Below are positions 36,488-45,731 of a stretch of 64,000 nucleotides of DNA, one piece after another; position 1 is the stretch's first letter; every line of letters begins with the position of its first letter. Source of the stretch: Candidatus Coproplasma sp. (lineage in GTDB: Bacteria > Bacillota > Clostridia > Christensenellales > Borkfalkiaceae); contig JBJEVC010000003.1 of assembly GCA_051884135.1 (NCBI GenBank), positions 272 through 64,271 on the forward strand, given 5' to 3'. The notes under the pieces are model-generated. The model was not told the origin of the DNA. It was given only the letters and a program-made list of their open reading frames with translations, and searched no databases. The position numbers and the translations under genes were made by a program.

Positions 36488-37819
36488 ATGGTTCACGTTT
36501 TCAAGTATAAAAATTACAATTATATATTCGATTCGGGTAGCGGCAGTTTACACGAATGTGACGATAAGACCTACGACTATCTTGCAAATACTTTGGGTCA
36601 AAGCGTCGATATTTCCTATCTTTCGGAAGATGAAAAAAAGGATATTGAAAAGGATATTTCGGCTTTAAAGTCGCAGGGGCTTTTATTTGCGCAGGAGACA
36701 AAATCCCGCCCTGTAAAGTCAAACGAAGTCAAGGCGCTTTGCATTCACATCTGCCACGACTGTAATCTTCGTTGCCGCTATTGCTTTGCCGATGAAGGCG
36801 CTTACCACTCCGCCCGTGAGTTTATGAGCGAAGAAACCGCCAAAAAGGCAATCGACTTTTTAATTGAAAACAGCGGTCATAGAAAGGTGTTGGAAGTCGA
36901 TTTCTTCGGCGGTGAGCCTTTAATGTGTCTTCAGACCATTAAAAACGTCGTCGCTTACGCCAAGGAGAAGGCGGCTCAAAAGGGCAAAAAGTTCCTGTTT
37001 ACCACGACTACTAACGCCCTGCTTTTGAACGATGATGCGATTGAATTTTTCAACCAAGAGATGGAGAACGTCGTTCTCTCGCTCGACGGAAGAAAGGAAG
37101 TTCACGACGCTATAAGAAAGACTGTAAACGGCAAGGGGAGCTTCGATTTAGTCATCGACAATATCAAGAAGTTTGTCGCTTCAAGGGGCGATAAGCACTA
37201 CTACGTCAGGGGTACTTACACGGCTAAAAATCTCGACTTTGCAAAGGACGTATTATTCCTTGCCGATAACGGTTTCGATTCCATTTCAATGGAACCTGTC
37301 GTAACCGACATCGACGATCTGGCAATAAAGGAAGAGCATCTGCCCGCTATTTTAGCCGAATATGAGAATCTCTGCGACGAATATCTCAAGAGATACGAAG
37401 AGGGGAACGGATTCAACTTTTTCCACTTCAACGTCGACTTGGAAGGCGGACCCTGTCTTTCAAAGAGAGTATCGGCGTGCGGTGCGGGCAACGAATATTT
37501 CTCGGTTGCGCCCAACGGCGATTTATATCCCTGCCACCAGTTCGTTGGCGACGAAAAATTTAAGATGGGCAACGTATTCGAAGGAAAGCTCAACTCCGAC
37601 ATTCGCTGCGTATTTGCCGAGAATTGCCTGTTCACGAGAAAGAAGTGTGAGGACTGCTTTGCAAAGTACATCTGCAGCGGCGGTTGCAGCGCAAACAACT
37701 ACCACTTTATGGGCGATTTAAACGAACCGTATACCATCACCTGCGAGATGATGAAAAAGAGAGTGGAGTGCGGTATGCACGTTCTTGCCCGTAAAAAAGA
37801 GTTGACAAGCAAAGAATAA
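36488..37819 (+). CDS. SCIFF peptide maturase (radical SAM/SPASM thioether-forming enzyme)
   Basis: CNLRCRYC radical SAM cluster motif. SPASM Cys clusters CGAGNEYFSVAPNGDLYPCHQF and CEDCFAKYICSGGCSANN. Start may instead be TTG at 36476. Confidence 0.9.
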   Translation: MVHVFKYKNYNYIFDSGSGSLHECDDKTYDYLANTLGQSVDISYLSEDEKKDIEKDISALKSQGLLFAQETKSRPVKSNEVKALCIHICHDCNLRCRYCFADEGAYHSAREFMSEETAKKAIDFLIENSGHRKVLEVDFFGGEPLMCLQTIKNVVAYAKEKAAQKGKKFLFTTTTNALLLNDDAIEFFNQEMENVVLSLDGRKEVHDAIRKTVNGKGSFDLVIDNIKKFVASRGDKHYYVRGTYTAKNLDFAKDVLFLADNGFDSISMEPVVTDIDDLAIKEEHLPAILAEYENLCDEYLKRYEEGNGFNFFHFNVDLEGGPCLSKRVSACGAGNEYFSVAPNGDLYPCHQFVGDEKFKMGNVFEGKLNSDIRCVFAENCLFTRKKCEDCFAKYICSGGCSANNYHFMGDLNEPYTITCEMMKKRVECGMHVLARKKELTSKE

Positions 37820-37882
37820 GTTCGTCTGTTAAAAAAATAAAGACAGTAGCGGAGTAAAAATAGTTTTCAATAAGAAAATTAT

Positions 37883-37911
37883 TTGACTACTCCGCCATTT
37901 TTCTATATAAT
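37883..37911 (+). promoter_or_regulatory. sigma-A-type promoter upstream of secD
   Basis: TTGACT, 17-nt spacer, TATAAT. Confidence 0.6.
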
Positions 37912-37985
37912 TATAAAGGTTAAAAAGTTTATTTTCGCAAGCATTATAAAAAATAGTGTTTTGCGGTTACTGAAGGAGAGCTTCA

Positions 37986-39572
37986 ATGGGTAAGACAAAA
38001 TCGATTGTCATAACCGTTTTATTGGCGATAGTAATGGCTGTTGCATCATTTTTTGCGTTGGTCTCGATTGATAACGGTTCAACGAGAGTATACAACTCTA
38101 TATTGAGCAACATTAGTCTCGGCGCAGATTTTACGGGCTATGCCTATACTACCGTATGTCCCGAAGGCGTTATCACCCAAGCGGATTATGACGGTCTTGT
38201 TGACGCATATACGAATGCTGATGATGAAGAGAAGGCCAAAATGGACGACCCTGCAATATATGTACAGAGCGGTAATTACTACGTTAATACGGAAGAGTAT
38301 TCCGATATTGACGAGCTTAAAGCTTTGGTTGCGGCAGACGCTAAAATCGTCAATGCAAGATTTGGCGAAAAGGGTTATTCTTCCTACTCTGTAGCAGTAG
38401 AGGACGGTTTGGCTATAAAAGTATCCGTTCCCACCTATTTCACGTCGGCACAGTATAAGTTAAATGCAGACGGTGAGTATTACGATGCGGACGGCAGAGA
38501 AGAACGTATTTCCGCTGCGAAGGACGCTTTGAGCAAGCTTACTTTAGGCGGTGAACTCACGTTGAGAACCTCCGACACTTCTATTTCAACGACGGATTCA
38601 GACGGCAATTCAAGTACTTACGATATGACCAAATACGGTGCTGACGAGTTGGTTGGTAAGGCTCTTGTCGATGATGCAAAGACCTATTCGCTTTCCAAAG
38701 AAGACGTTGCGCCTTATTTCAAATCGGTAACGGGCGGTCAAGTCGGCTCTACGCCTGTGTTGACTTTCAACTTCACGTCGGAAGGCAGGGAGAAGATTAA
38801 AGAAATTTCAACTTTGGTTGTAAGTTCTTCCAGCCAGACTTTATATTTCTTCATCGGTGAAGATTTGCTTTTAAGCTTTAACTGTACTTCGGTTATCGAA
38901 TCCGGTTCGTTGAGCTTACAGACTTCCGATGCAGAAATGGCAAGGAATATTGCCATAACTATGGATTCTGCCGTTAAAGGCAATGCGCTTTCGTTAAAGT
39001 ATAGCGACGTCAGCGTTTCGACACAGCAGTCAAACGTATCGCTTGCGGCGATTTTAGCTTTGGTTGCTTGTCTTCTCTTGCTTGTAGGTCTTGCTACGTT
39101 GCTTATAATTAAGTATAAAAAGCTCGGTGCGGTTACGGCAACGATAGCCGTATTGATGGCGATTGTATTGGCTTACGCACTTCAGCTTCTCTCAATCACT
39201 GTAACCTTCGCAGTTCTGTTCACGTGTGCGATTACCATTGCATTGTTTGCAGTTAGCTGTGCGGTTGTGTTTGCAGAAGTTAAACGCCTTACCCTTACGG
39301 GTAGGACAATTCAGGCTTCCATAGTCGAAGCGTACAAAAACGTGCTTATGACCGTAACCGACATTCATATTGTGTTGGTAGTTGTTTCGATTCTGCTTGC
39401 GACGGTAGCCGTTGGCGAAGTTGCCGCTTGCGGATTCATTGCTTTGGTCGGCGTTGTGGCAAGCTACGTTCTTTACTGGTTCACGAGGTTTATGTGGTAT
39501 GTAACTTCCTCCCCTGAAAAGGACAAATTTAAATTTGCAGGCTTAAAGAGGGTGGTGTACGAAGATGACTAA
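37986..39572 (+). CDS. secD: divergent protein translocase subunit SecD
   Basis: N-terminal TM helix, a large periplasmic-type domain and a C-terminal 5-TM bundle, with gene order yajC...secD-secF. The usual LTLPGIAG / DANVLIFERI motifs are only faintly recognisable (VVFAEVKRL). Confidence 0.6.
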   Translation: MGKTKSIVITVLLAIVMAVASFFALVSIDNGSTRVYNSILSNISLGADFTGYAYTTVCPEGVITQADYDGLVDAYTNADDEEKAKMDDPAIYVQSGNYYVNTEEYSDIDELKALVAADAKIVNARFGEKGYSSYSVAVEDGLAIKVSVPTYFTSAQYKLNADGEYYDADGREERISAAKDALSKLTLGGELTLRTSDTSISTTDSDGNSSTYDMTKYGADELVGKALVDDAKTYSLSKEDVAPYFKSVTGGQVGSTPVLTFNFTSEGREKIKEISTLVVSSSSQTLYFFIGEDLLLSFNCTSVIESGSLSLQTSDAEMARNIAITMDSAVKGNALSLKYSDVSVSTQQSNVSLAAILALVACLLLLVGLATLLIIKYKKLGAVTATIAVLMAIVLAYALQLLSITVTFAVLFTCAITIALFAVSCAVVFAEVKRLTLTGRTIQASIVEAYKNVLMTVTDIHIVLVVVSILLATVAVGEVAACGFIALVGVVASYVLYWFTRFMWYVTSSPEKDKFKFAGLKRVVYEDD

Positions 39573-40587
39573 TTTAAAGGTTTGCAAAAAGCTTCACATA
39601 TTCATTTTTATCAGTGTAATTTTCATTACAATCGGTATGGCGGTCGGCACAATCTGCCACTTCGTAGCTAACGGCTTTTTCAACTATGGCGGCGAGTTCG
39701 CTTCTTATAAGAGCATAACGGCAACCTATTATTATTCCGAGAATAATTCCGATACCGATTTCAAGGCAATCTGCAACGATGCAATTTCAGGTATTAACCC
39801 TACGGAAGTTACCTATGCTATTAATAGTGATTTAGGTTACGAAGAAATTGTCTATAAATTTTCTGTAAATACAGATAATGCAAAGCTTCAGGCTGCGGTT
39901 GACGACATTAATTCAAACTTTAACGATTTAAGCGGTGCCGTATTACACGAAGGTGTAGTTGACGAAGGCGGTTCGAGAAACATCGTTTACGCTTCTATTG
40001 CTCTTGCTTCTGCCGCAGCGTTCCAATTCATCTATTACATCATTCGTTATAAGCTCCGTGGTGCGTTCTCCGCATTGCTTGCAGGTGTTCATAATCTCGG
40101 CGTATATGCGGCGTTGCTTGCAATAACAAGAATTCCCGTCGGCACAGAAGCCGTTGCGCTCGGTGCGGCAGTCGTAGTTGTTACGATGATTTTAAGCGGC
40201 TTGCTCTTTGACAGGACGAGAAAGAACTTCAAAAACGAGAAGTATGTAAAGACAGACAGGCTTGACGTGGTTGAAATTTCTGCTTCCGAAACGAGAAAAA
40301 TCACCGTAACGTCTCTCGTTTCGCTTGCGGTAGTCGCCGTCGTTTTGGGCGTGTTTGCAACCATCTCCGCAATGTATATCGGTGCGTTTGCGCCTTTCAT
40401 AGTTGCATTGCTCGGCGTTGTCGCTTGCTTCTACGGTTCGATATTCTTTACCCCTGCTGTGCATAGTGCAATCGACGCTACCTGCGAAAAGGTTAAAAAT
40501 TCTGTAAAGACTTCTTCTCCTAAAAAGCAGAAAGAAGATGTAAAAGAAGTTAAGCAAGCAGAAGAGAATAATCAAGAAAAAGAATAA
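39565..40587 (+). CDS. secF: divergent protein translocase subunit SecF
   Basis: Overlaps the secD stop. TM bundle with LLFDRTRKNFK (compare VFDRIRENL). Lys/Glu-rich tail. Confidence 0.6.
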   Translation: MTNLKVCKKLHIFIFISVIFITIGMAVGTICHFVANGFFNYGGEFASYKSITATYYYSENNSDTDFKAICNDAISGINPTEVTYAINSDLGYEEIVYKFSVNTDNAKLQAAVDDINSNFNDLSGAVLHEGVVDEGGSRNIVYASIALASAAAFQFIYYIIRYKLRGAFSALLAGVHNLGVYAALLAITRIPVGTEAVALGAAVVVVTMILSGLLFDRTRKNFKNEKYVKTDRLDVVEISASETRKITVTSLVSLAVVAVVLGVFATISAMYIGAFAPFIVALLGVVACFYGSIFFTPAVHSAIDATCEKVKNSVKTSSPKKQKEDVKEVKQAEENNQEKE

Positions 40588-40599
40588 TTATGAGTGAGG

Positions 40600-40629
40600 G
40601 GGCGGGATTATCCCGCCCTTTTGTTTTTT
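40600..40629 (+). terminator. Rho-independent terminator
   Basis: gggcggga / tcccgccc hairpin followed by ttttgtttttt. Confidence 0.85.
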
Positions 40630-40678
40630 AGAACGTAGATTAATAACGTAGTATTAAATTTTTAAAGGAGGTGCCGAT

Positions 40679-42982
40679 ATGAAAAAGGTAGTAAACGAAT
40701 TTGAGTTTTCCCATGAGCAAATTGCCGATATATCGGCGCTTGCCCTATCCTGCGGTTTATGCCGACAGACTGTAGAAATTCTCTACGGAAGGGGGGTGGA
40801 TACAGCCGATAAAATCAAAGCGTATCTTCACCCTTCGAAAGAACAGTTTTTAAGCCCTTATTTAATGAAGGGTATGAAAGAAGCTGTATCGCTCATCACT
40901 CTCGCTAAAGAGGAGAGCTGGGCTGTCGTCGTCTTCGGCGATTACGATGCGGACGGCATATGCGCAACGACCATTATGTGCAGGGCTCTCGCCGATTTCG
41001 GAATAGAAGCGTATGCGTACATTCCCGAACGGAAGGACGGTTACGGTATGTGCATACAGGCTATCGACAACATTTTTGACGAGTACTGTCCACAGCTGAT
41101 AATTACCGTTGACTGCGGTATATCTAACGCAAAAGAAGTGGAGTACGTCAAGGAACAGGGTGCGGAAATTATTGTAACCGACCACCACGAGCTTGCCGAA
41201 GTTCTCCCCGATTGCATATGCATTAACCCTAAAATCGAAGACGATTACCCCTATGATAATCTTTGCGGAGCGGGAGTTGCGTTTAAGGTGGCATGTGCGT
41301 TAAACGGCAAAGATTCATATAAATACCTTGATTTTGCGGCTATCGCAACGGTTGCGGACAGCGTTCCGTTGACGGGAGAAAACCGCTCGCTCGTTGCGGA
41401 AGGACTGAAGCTTATAAACGGCAATCCCCGCAAAAATTATTCATGGTTTTACCGCCCCGGCGAAAAGGTGACGGCTCAAACGCTTGCATTCTCGGTTGCG
41501 CCCAAGATTAATGCGGCAGGCAGAATGGGAGATGCGGCAGCTGCGCTTGCGCTCTTTTTGTCCGATTCGGAAAAGGATATATACGACCATTCGGTTCGTC
41601 TTTCGGCTTATAATTCCGAAAGACAGTCGAGCTGTGAAGAGCTGTATCTCTCGGCAAAACTCAAGTTAAAGCAAAAGGGTGCCGACGGAAGGGTTATTGT
41701 CCTTTGGGACGAGAGCTGGAACGCAGGCTTCGTTGGCATCATTGCCGCACGTCTTGCGGAAGAATATTGCCGCCCTACTCTGTTGTTCGTTAAAAACGGC
41801 GGAATGTTAAAAGGTAGCGCAAGGAGTATTGACGGTGTTAACGTGTTTGAAGCGTTAAAGTCCTGTTCATCGTTGATTGCAGAATTCGGCGGTCACTCGC
41901 AGGCGGCTGGCGTTAACATTGCGGAAGAGAATTTAGTTGAGCTTGAAAGGCAGTTAAACGACTACTTTCACGCAAACTATCCAGTATCAGCGTTTACGCC
42001 TACATACTATGTAAACGGTACGTTTGGCGGTCAACCCGACAGAAAGTTCATCTCCGAGTTGGAGCTTATGGAGCCCTGCGGAGTGGGCAACCGCAAACCG
42101 CAGTTCGTTGCGCAAGTCAGCGCTTGCCAGACGAGAGCTTTGAAGTTCGGTTCACCCCATCTCTCCGTCAAGTGCGGCGGACTCGATATGATTTGGTTTT
42201 CAGGTGTTAAGCACGAAAAATTGTTAAAAAGTGCCGTACCTAAACAGCTAATCTTTGAATACAATCTTTCGAACTATCACGGTAGGGAGCAGATTCAAGG
42301 CTATCTTAAAGACGTAGTCTATATGCCCGAAAGCTGTGCTTTAGCAACCGATTCGGTCTATTTGAACGATTTAAATTTGTTCTCTTTGCCCGAAGCGGAC
42401 TGCGAAATCGAGAAGATTTCTCTCCAGACGGCGCAAAATATTTTGGATACGTGCGGTGAATACGGCACTGTATTTATAGCATACAGCTACGATACTATAA
42501 AAAAATTTAAGCACGAAGGTATAGAGATTAATGTATTTAATCTGTCTTCAGGCAGTCTTTCGGCGGTTATTCTCCTCTCGCCTTCACAAAATTGCGACCT
42601 GTCTGCCTTTGAAAACGTAGTGTTTTTAGACGACCCCGTAAAGGTTACGCTGCCGTCTTTAAGCGGTAAAAAGGTGGAAGTATGCTCTGAAGTGAGCGGA
42701 GTGAGCCCGTTTAAATCTTTGTGCGTAAACAGGGAGGAGTTGCTCTCTGTGTTCAAGCAAATCAGTACGAACTTCTTCAGGTTTACCGCAAGCAGTGCCG
42801 AAGAGCTTGCCGTATCCTGTGATTTCGGCGTAAGCACCCTTCAGGCGTTATTTGCTATCAAGGTGTTCGAACAGCTTAAACTTCTTTCATTTGAAGGCGG
42901 TAAATTAACCGTATTCAAGGGTGTAAAGACCCAGCTTACTAATTCCGATTTATATAATTTTATTTGTTCTTTGGCAGAGTGA
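40679..42982 (+). CDS. recJ: single-stranded-DNA-specific exonuclease RecJ
   Basis: AGGAGG RBS. DHH family motifs VVVFGDYDADGICAT, ITVDCG, IVTDHHE, and DHHA1 GGHSQAAG. Confidence 0.9.
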   Translation: MKKVVNEFEFSHEQIADISALALSCGLCRQTVEILYGRGVDTADKIKAYLHPSKEQFLSPYLMKGMKEAVSLITLAKEESWAVVVFGDYDADGICATTIMCRALADFGIEAYAYIPERKDGYGMCIQAIDNIFDEYCPQLIITVDCGISNAKEVEYVKEQGAEIIVTDHHELAEVLPDCICINPKIEDDYPYDNLCGAGVAFKVACALNGKDSYKYLDFAAIATVADSVPLTGENRSLVAEGLKLINGNPRKNYSWFYRPGEKVTAQTLAFSVAPKINAAGRMGDAAAALALFLSDSEKDIYDHSVRLSAYNSERQSSCEELYLSAKLKLKQKGADGRVIVLWDESWNAGFVGIIAARLAEEYCRPTLLFVKNGGMLKGSARSIDGVNVFEALKSCSSLIAEFGGHSQAAGVNIAEENLVELERQLNDYFHANYPVSAFTPTYYVNGTFGGQPDRKFISELELMEPCGVGNRKPQFVAQVSACQTRALKFGSPHLSVKCGGLDMIWFSGVKHEKLLKSAVPKQLIFEYNLSNYHGREQIQGYLKDVVYMPESCALATDSVYLNDLNLFSLPEADCEIEKISLQTAQNILDTCGEYGTVFIAYSYDTIKKFKHEGIEINVFNLSSGSLSAVILLSPSQNCDLSAFENVVFLDDPVKVTLPSLSGKKVEVCSEVSGVSPFKSLCVNREELLSVFKQISTNFFRFTASSAEELAVSCDFGVSTLQALFAIKVFEQLKLLSFEGGKLTVFKGVKTQLTNSDLYNFICSLAE

Positions 42983-42984
42983 AT

Positions 42985-45120
42985 ATGAGAACGGTTATTG
43001 ATAAAATTAACGACAATTATACAGATGAAGAGCGTGAGCTTTTGATAAAAGCCTACCGCTATGCCGAAAAGATGCACGAAAATCAAAAACGTGCGTCGGG
43101 CGAACCCTATTTCACGCACCCCTGTGCGGTTGCGGAAATACTCATAGATTTAGGGTTGGACTCACCTACGGTAGCGGCTGCCTTTTTGCATGACGTAATA
43201 GAAGATACGCCTGCCACCCCCGATGACGTAAAAAGGGAGTTCGGCGAAGAAGTCTATCACCTTGTAGACGGCGTTACCAAGTTAGATAAAATTAAATTCC
43301 AATCACACGAAGAGGAAGATGCGGAAAACTTCAGGAAAATCTTCGTTGCGATGGCTAAAGACGTAAGGGTAATCATAATTAAACTTGCCGACAGACTGCA
43401 CAATATGCGTTCGCTCAACTTCCTTTCGAACGAGCGTCAGCAGAGAATTGCAAGGGAGACTCTGGATATCTTTACCCCCCTTGCAGGAAGGCTGGGTATT
43501 TCGCAGGTCAAGTGTGAGCTGGAAGATTTGTGTTTAAAATACCTCGACCCCGAAGCGTATGAATACCTTGTAACCAATATTCACCAGAAGTTGGAAGAGC
43601 GTCAGCAGTTCGTAGACACCGTTGTCGTCCAGCTTAAGAGAATGTTGGAAGAGCACAATATTTCAGGCGACGTCGTGGGTAGACCCAAGCACTTCTATTC
43701 CATCTACAGAAAGATGAAGAATAAGGGTTTGACCTTGGATCAGATTTACGACTTAACGGCAGTAAGGGTAATAGTTAATGAAATCGAAGAGTGCTATGAA
43801 GTGCTCGGCGTTATTCACAAGCAGTGGAAGCCCGTACCCGGAAGAATAAAGGATTATATTGCAACGCCCAAGCGCAATATGTATCAGTCGCTCCATACTA
43901 CGGTAGTAACCGACTTCGGTCAGTATTTCGAAATTCAGATAAGAACGGTAGAAATGCACAAGATGGCTGAATACGGTATTGCCGCTCATTGGAAGTATAA
44001 AGAGCATAAGACTTCAAGCGAAACGTCTTTCGACCAGCGTTTAAGCTGGATAAGGGACGTCATGGATTGGCAGGGCAGTTTAGATACGTCTAAAGAGTTT
44101 GTGGACTCGTTGAAGAACGATTTGTACTCTTCCGAACTGCTCGTCTTCACTCCCCACGGCAAGGTTATATCACTCCCTGTGGAAGCGACGCCAGTCGACT
44201 TTGCGTACGCAATTCACTCCGAAGTGGGCAATAAGTGCGTAGGTGCAAAGGTCAACGGCAAAATCGTCCCTTTAAACAGTGCGCTTAAGACGGCAGACGT
44301 GGTAGAAATACTCACTTCTCCGAACTCTAAAGGACCTTCGTGGGACTGGTTAAAGTTCGTTAAATCGGGTTCTGCAAAGGCAAAGATAAGGCAGTTCTTC
44401 AAACACGCAATGAAGGAGGAGAACGTCAAGACGGGTAGGGCTATGCTTGAAGCCGAAGCTAAACGCCGTGGCTATACGCTTGCCGACCTTTTAACCGACG
44501 AGTCCTTTGCCAAGCTATCGGAAAAATTAGTTTTCGCATCTGTCGACGAGATGATGGCGTCCGTTGGCTACGGCGCAGTCAGCGTCAATCAGATTTTATT
44601 TAAGCTTATCGATTTCTATCGCAGGGAACAGCCCCTGCAGATGCCTGCAACAGAAGTAGAAAAGTTAAAGCATACTCCTGCAGGCAGCGTATCCGTCAAG
44701 GGTATGGAAGGGCTTTTGGTCAAGTTTGCACACTGTTGCAATCCTGTGCCCGGCGACCCCATTGTAGGCTTTGTCTCAAGGGGTAGGGGTGTTATCGTCC
44801 ACCGTAAGGACTGCCCTAATTTAAAGGACTATGAAGCGGATAGAATTCAGCCTGCAAAGTGGACGGGCGAAGTTGAAAACGGCTTCCTTGCAGGTATTAA
44901 AATTTTAGCAACCGACGATGCAGGTTTAACGGCTTTCGTCACGGCAGAAATTTCGGCTATGCGCCTATATATGACCCAGATAAACGGCAGAATAGGCAAG
45001 GACGGCAAGGCGGTTTTTGACATTATGGTCAAGCTCAACAAACTCTCCGATCTCGATTTGCTAATTAAGCATCTTAAGAAAGATAACCGTATTATCGACG
45101 TATTCAGGACAACTAATTAA
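42985..45120 (+). CDS. relA: bifunctional (p)ppGpp synthetase/hydrolase (RelA/SpoT homologue)
   Basis: HD domain HDVIEDT, synthetase core YKSLHTTV-like YQSLHTTV, plus TGS and C-terminal ACT-like regions. Confidence 0.95.
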   Translation: MRTVIDKINDNYTDEERELLIKAYRYAEKMHENQKRASGEPYFTHPCAVAEILIDLGLDSPTVAAAFLHDVIEDTPATPDDVKREFGEEVYHLVDGVTKLDKIKFQSHEEEDAENFRKIFVAMAKDVRVIIIKLADRLHNMRSLNFLSNERQQRIARETLDIFTPLAGRLGISQVKCELEDLCLKYLDPEAYEYLVTNIHQKLEERQQFVDTVVVQLKRMLEEHNISGDVVGRPKHFYSIYRKMKNKGLTLDQIYDLTAVRVIVNEIEECYEVLGVIHKQWKPVPGRIKDYIATPKRNMYQSLHTTVVTDFGQYFEIQIRTVEMHKMAEYGIAAHWKYKEHKTSSETSFDQRLSWIRDVMDWQGSLDTSKEFVDSLKNDLYSSELLVFTPHGKVISLPVEATPVDFAYAIHSEVGNKCVGAKVNGKIVPLNSALKTADVVEILTSPNSKGPSWDWLKFVKSGSAKAKIRQFFKHAMKEENVKTGRAMLEAEAKRRGYTLADLLTDESFAKLSEKLVFASVDEMMASVGYGAVSVNQILFKLIDFYRREQPLQMPATEVEKLKHTPAGSVSVKGMEGLLVKFAHCCNPVPGDPIVGFVSRGRGVIVHRKDCPNLKDYEADRIQPAKWTGEVENGFLAGIKILATDDAGLTAFVTAEISAMRLYMTQINGRIGKDGKAVFDIMVKLNKLSDLDLLIKHLKKDNRIIDVFRTTN

Positions 45121-45725
45121 TGAAGGTAAATAAGATATATCCCGTGGGCTTTGCAAGCAACAGCTTTGCCGTAACAGCCGACGGAAAGAACTGTATATTA
45201 ATCGACTGCGCTCAAGAAAGGGTGTTGGATAAGTGCAGGGAGATGGGCTTAACGCCTAAAGCGGTGCTGTTGACTCACGCCCACCTTGACCATATAGGCG
45301 GCTGCGGCGTGTTGTACGCAAACGGTGCGGATATATACTGTGGCAAGGGCGAAGAAGAGCTTATCTATTCTGCGGGCTACAGGGAGATTTTCTACGGGGA
45401 AAGCATACCTGAATTCAAAATTAAAAGGGCTCTTTCCGACGGGGAAGAGATAGAGCTTTTCGGCTTAAAGATTAAAGTAATTGCAACTCCCGGGCACACC
45501 GCAGGGGGAGTGAGCTATTTAATCGGAGACTGTCTTTTTACCGGCGATACGCTGTTTTTAGAGAGTATTGGGCGTTGGGACTTTTATACGGGTGACGGAA
45601 AGGCGTTGTGCGCTTCTGTCAAAAAACTGTACTCTTTAGACGGCGATTTTAAAGTTTATACGGGTCACGGCGACGATACTACTTTAGCTCACGAACGCCG
45701 TTTTAATGCGTATGTAAGGGTTTGA
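45120..45725 (+). CDS. MBL-fold metallo-hydrolase
   Basis: THAHLDHIGG (HxHxDH), TPGHTAGG, GHG. Confidence 0.85.
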   Translation: MKVNKIYPVGFASNSFAVTADGKNCILIDCAQERVLDKCREMGLTPKAVLLTHAHLDHIGGCGVLYANGADIYCGKGEEELIYSAGYREIFYGESIPEFKIKRALSDGEEIELFGLKIKVIATPGHTAGGVSYLIGDCLFTGDTLFLESIGRWDFYTGDGKALCASVKKLYSLDGDFKVYTGHGDDTTLAHERRFNAYVRV

Positions 45726-45731
45726 TTAAAT

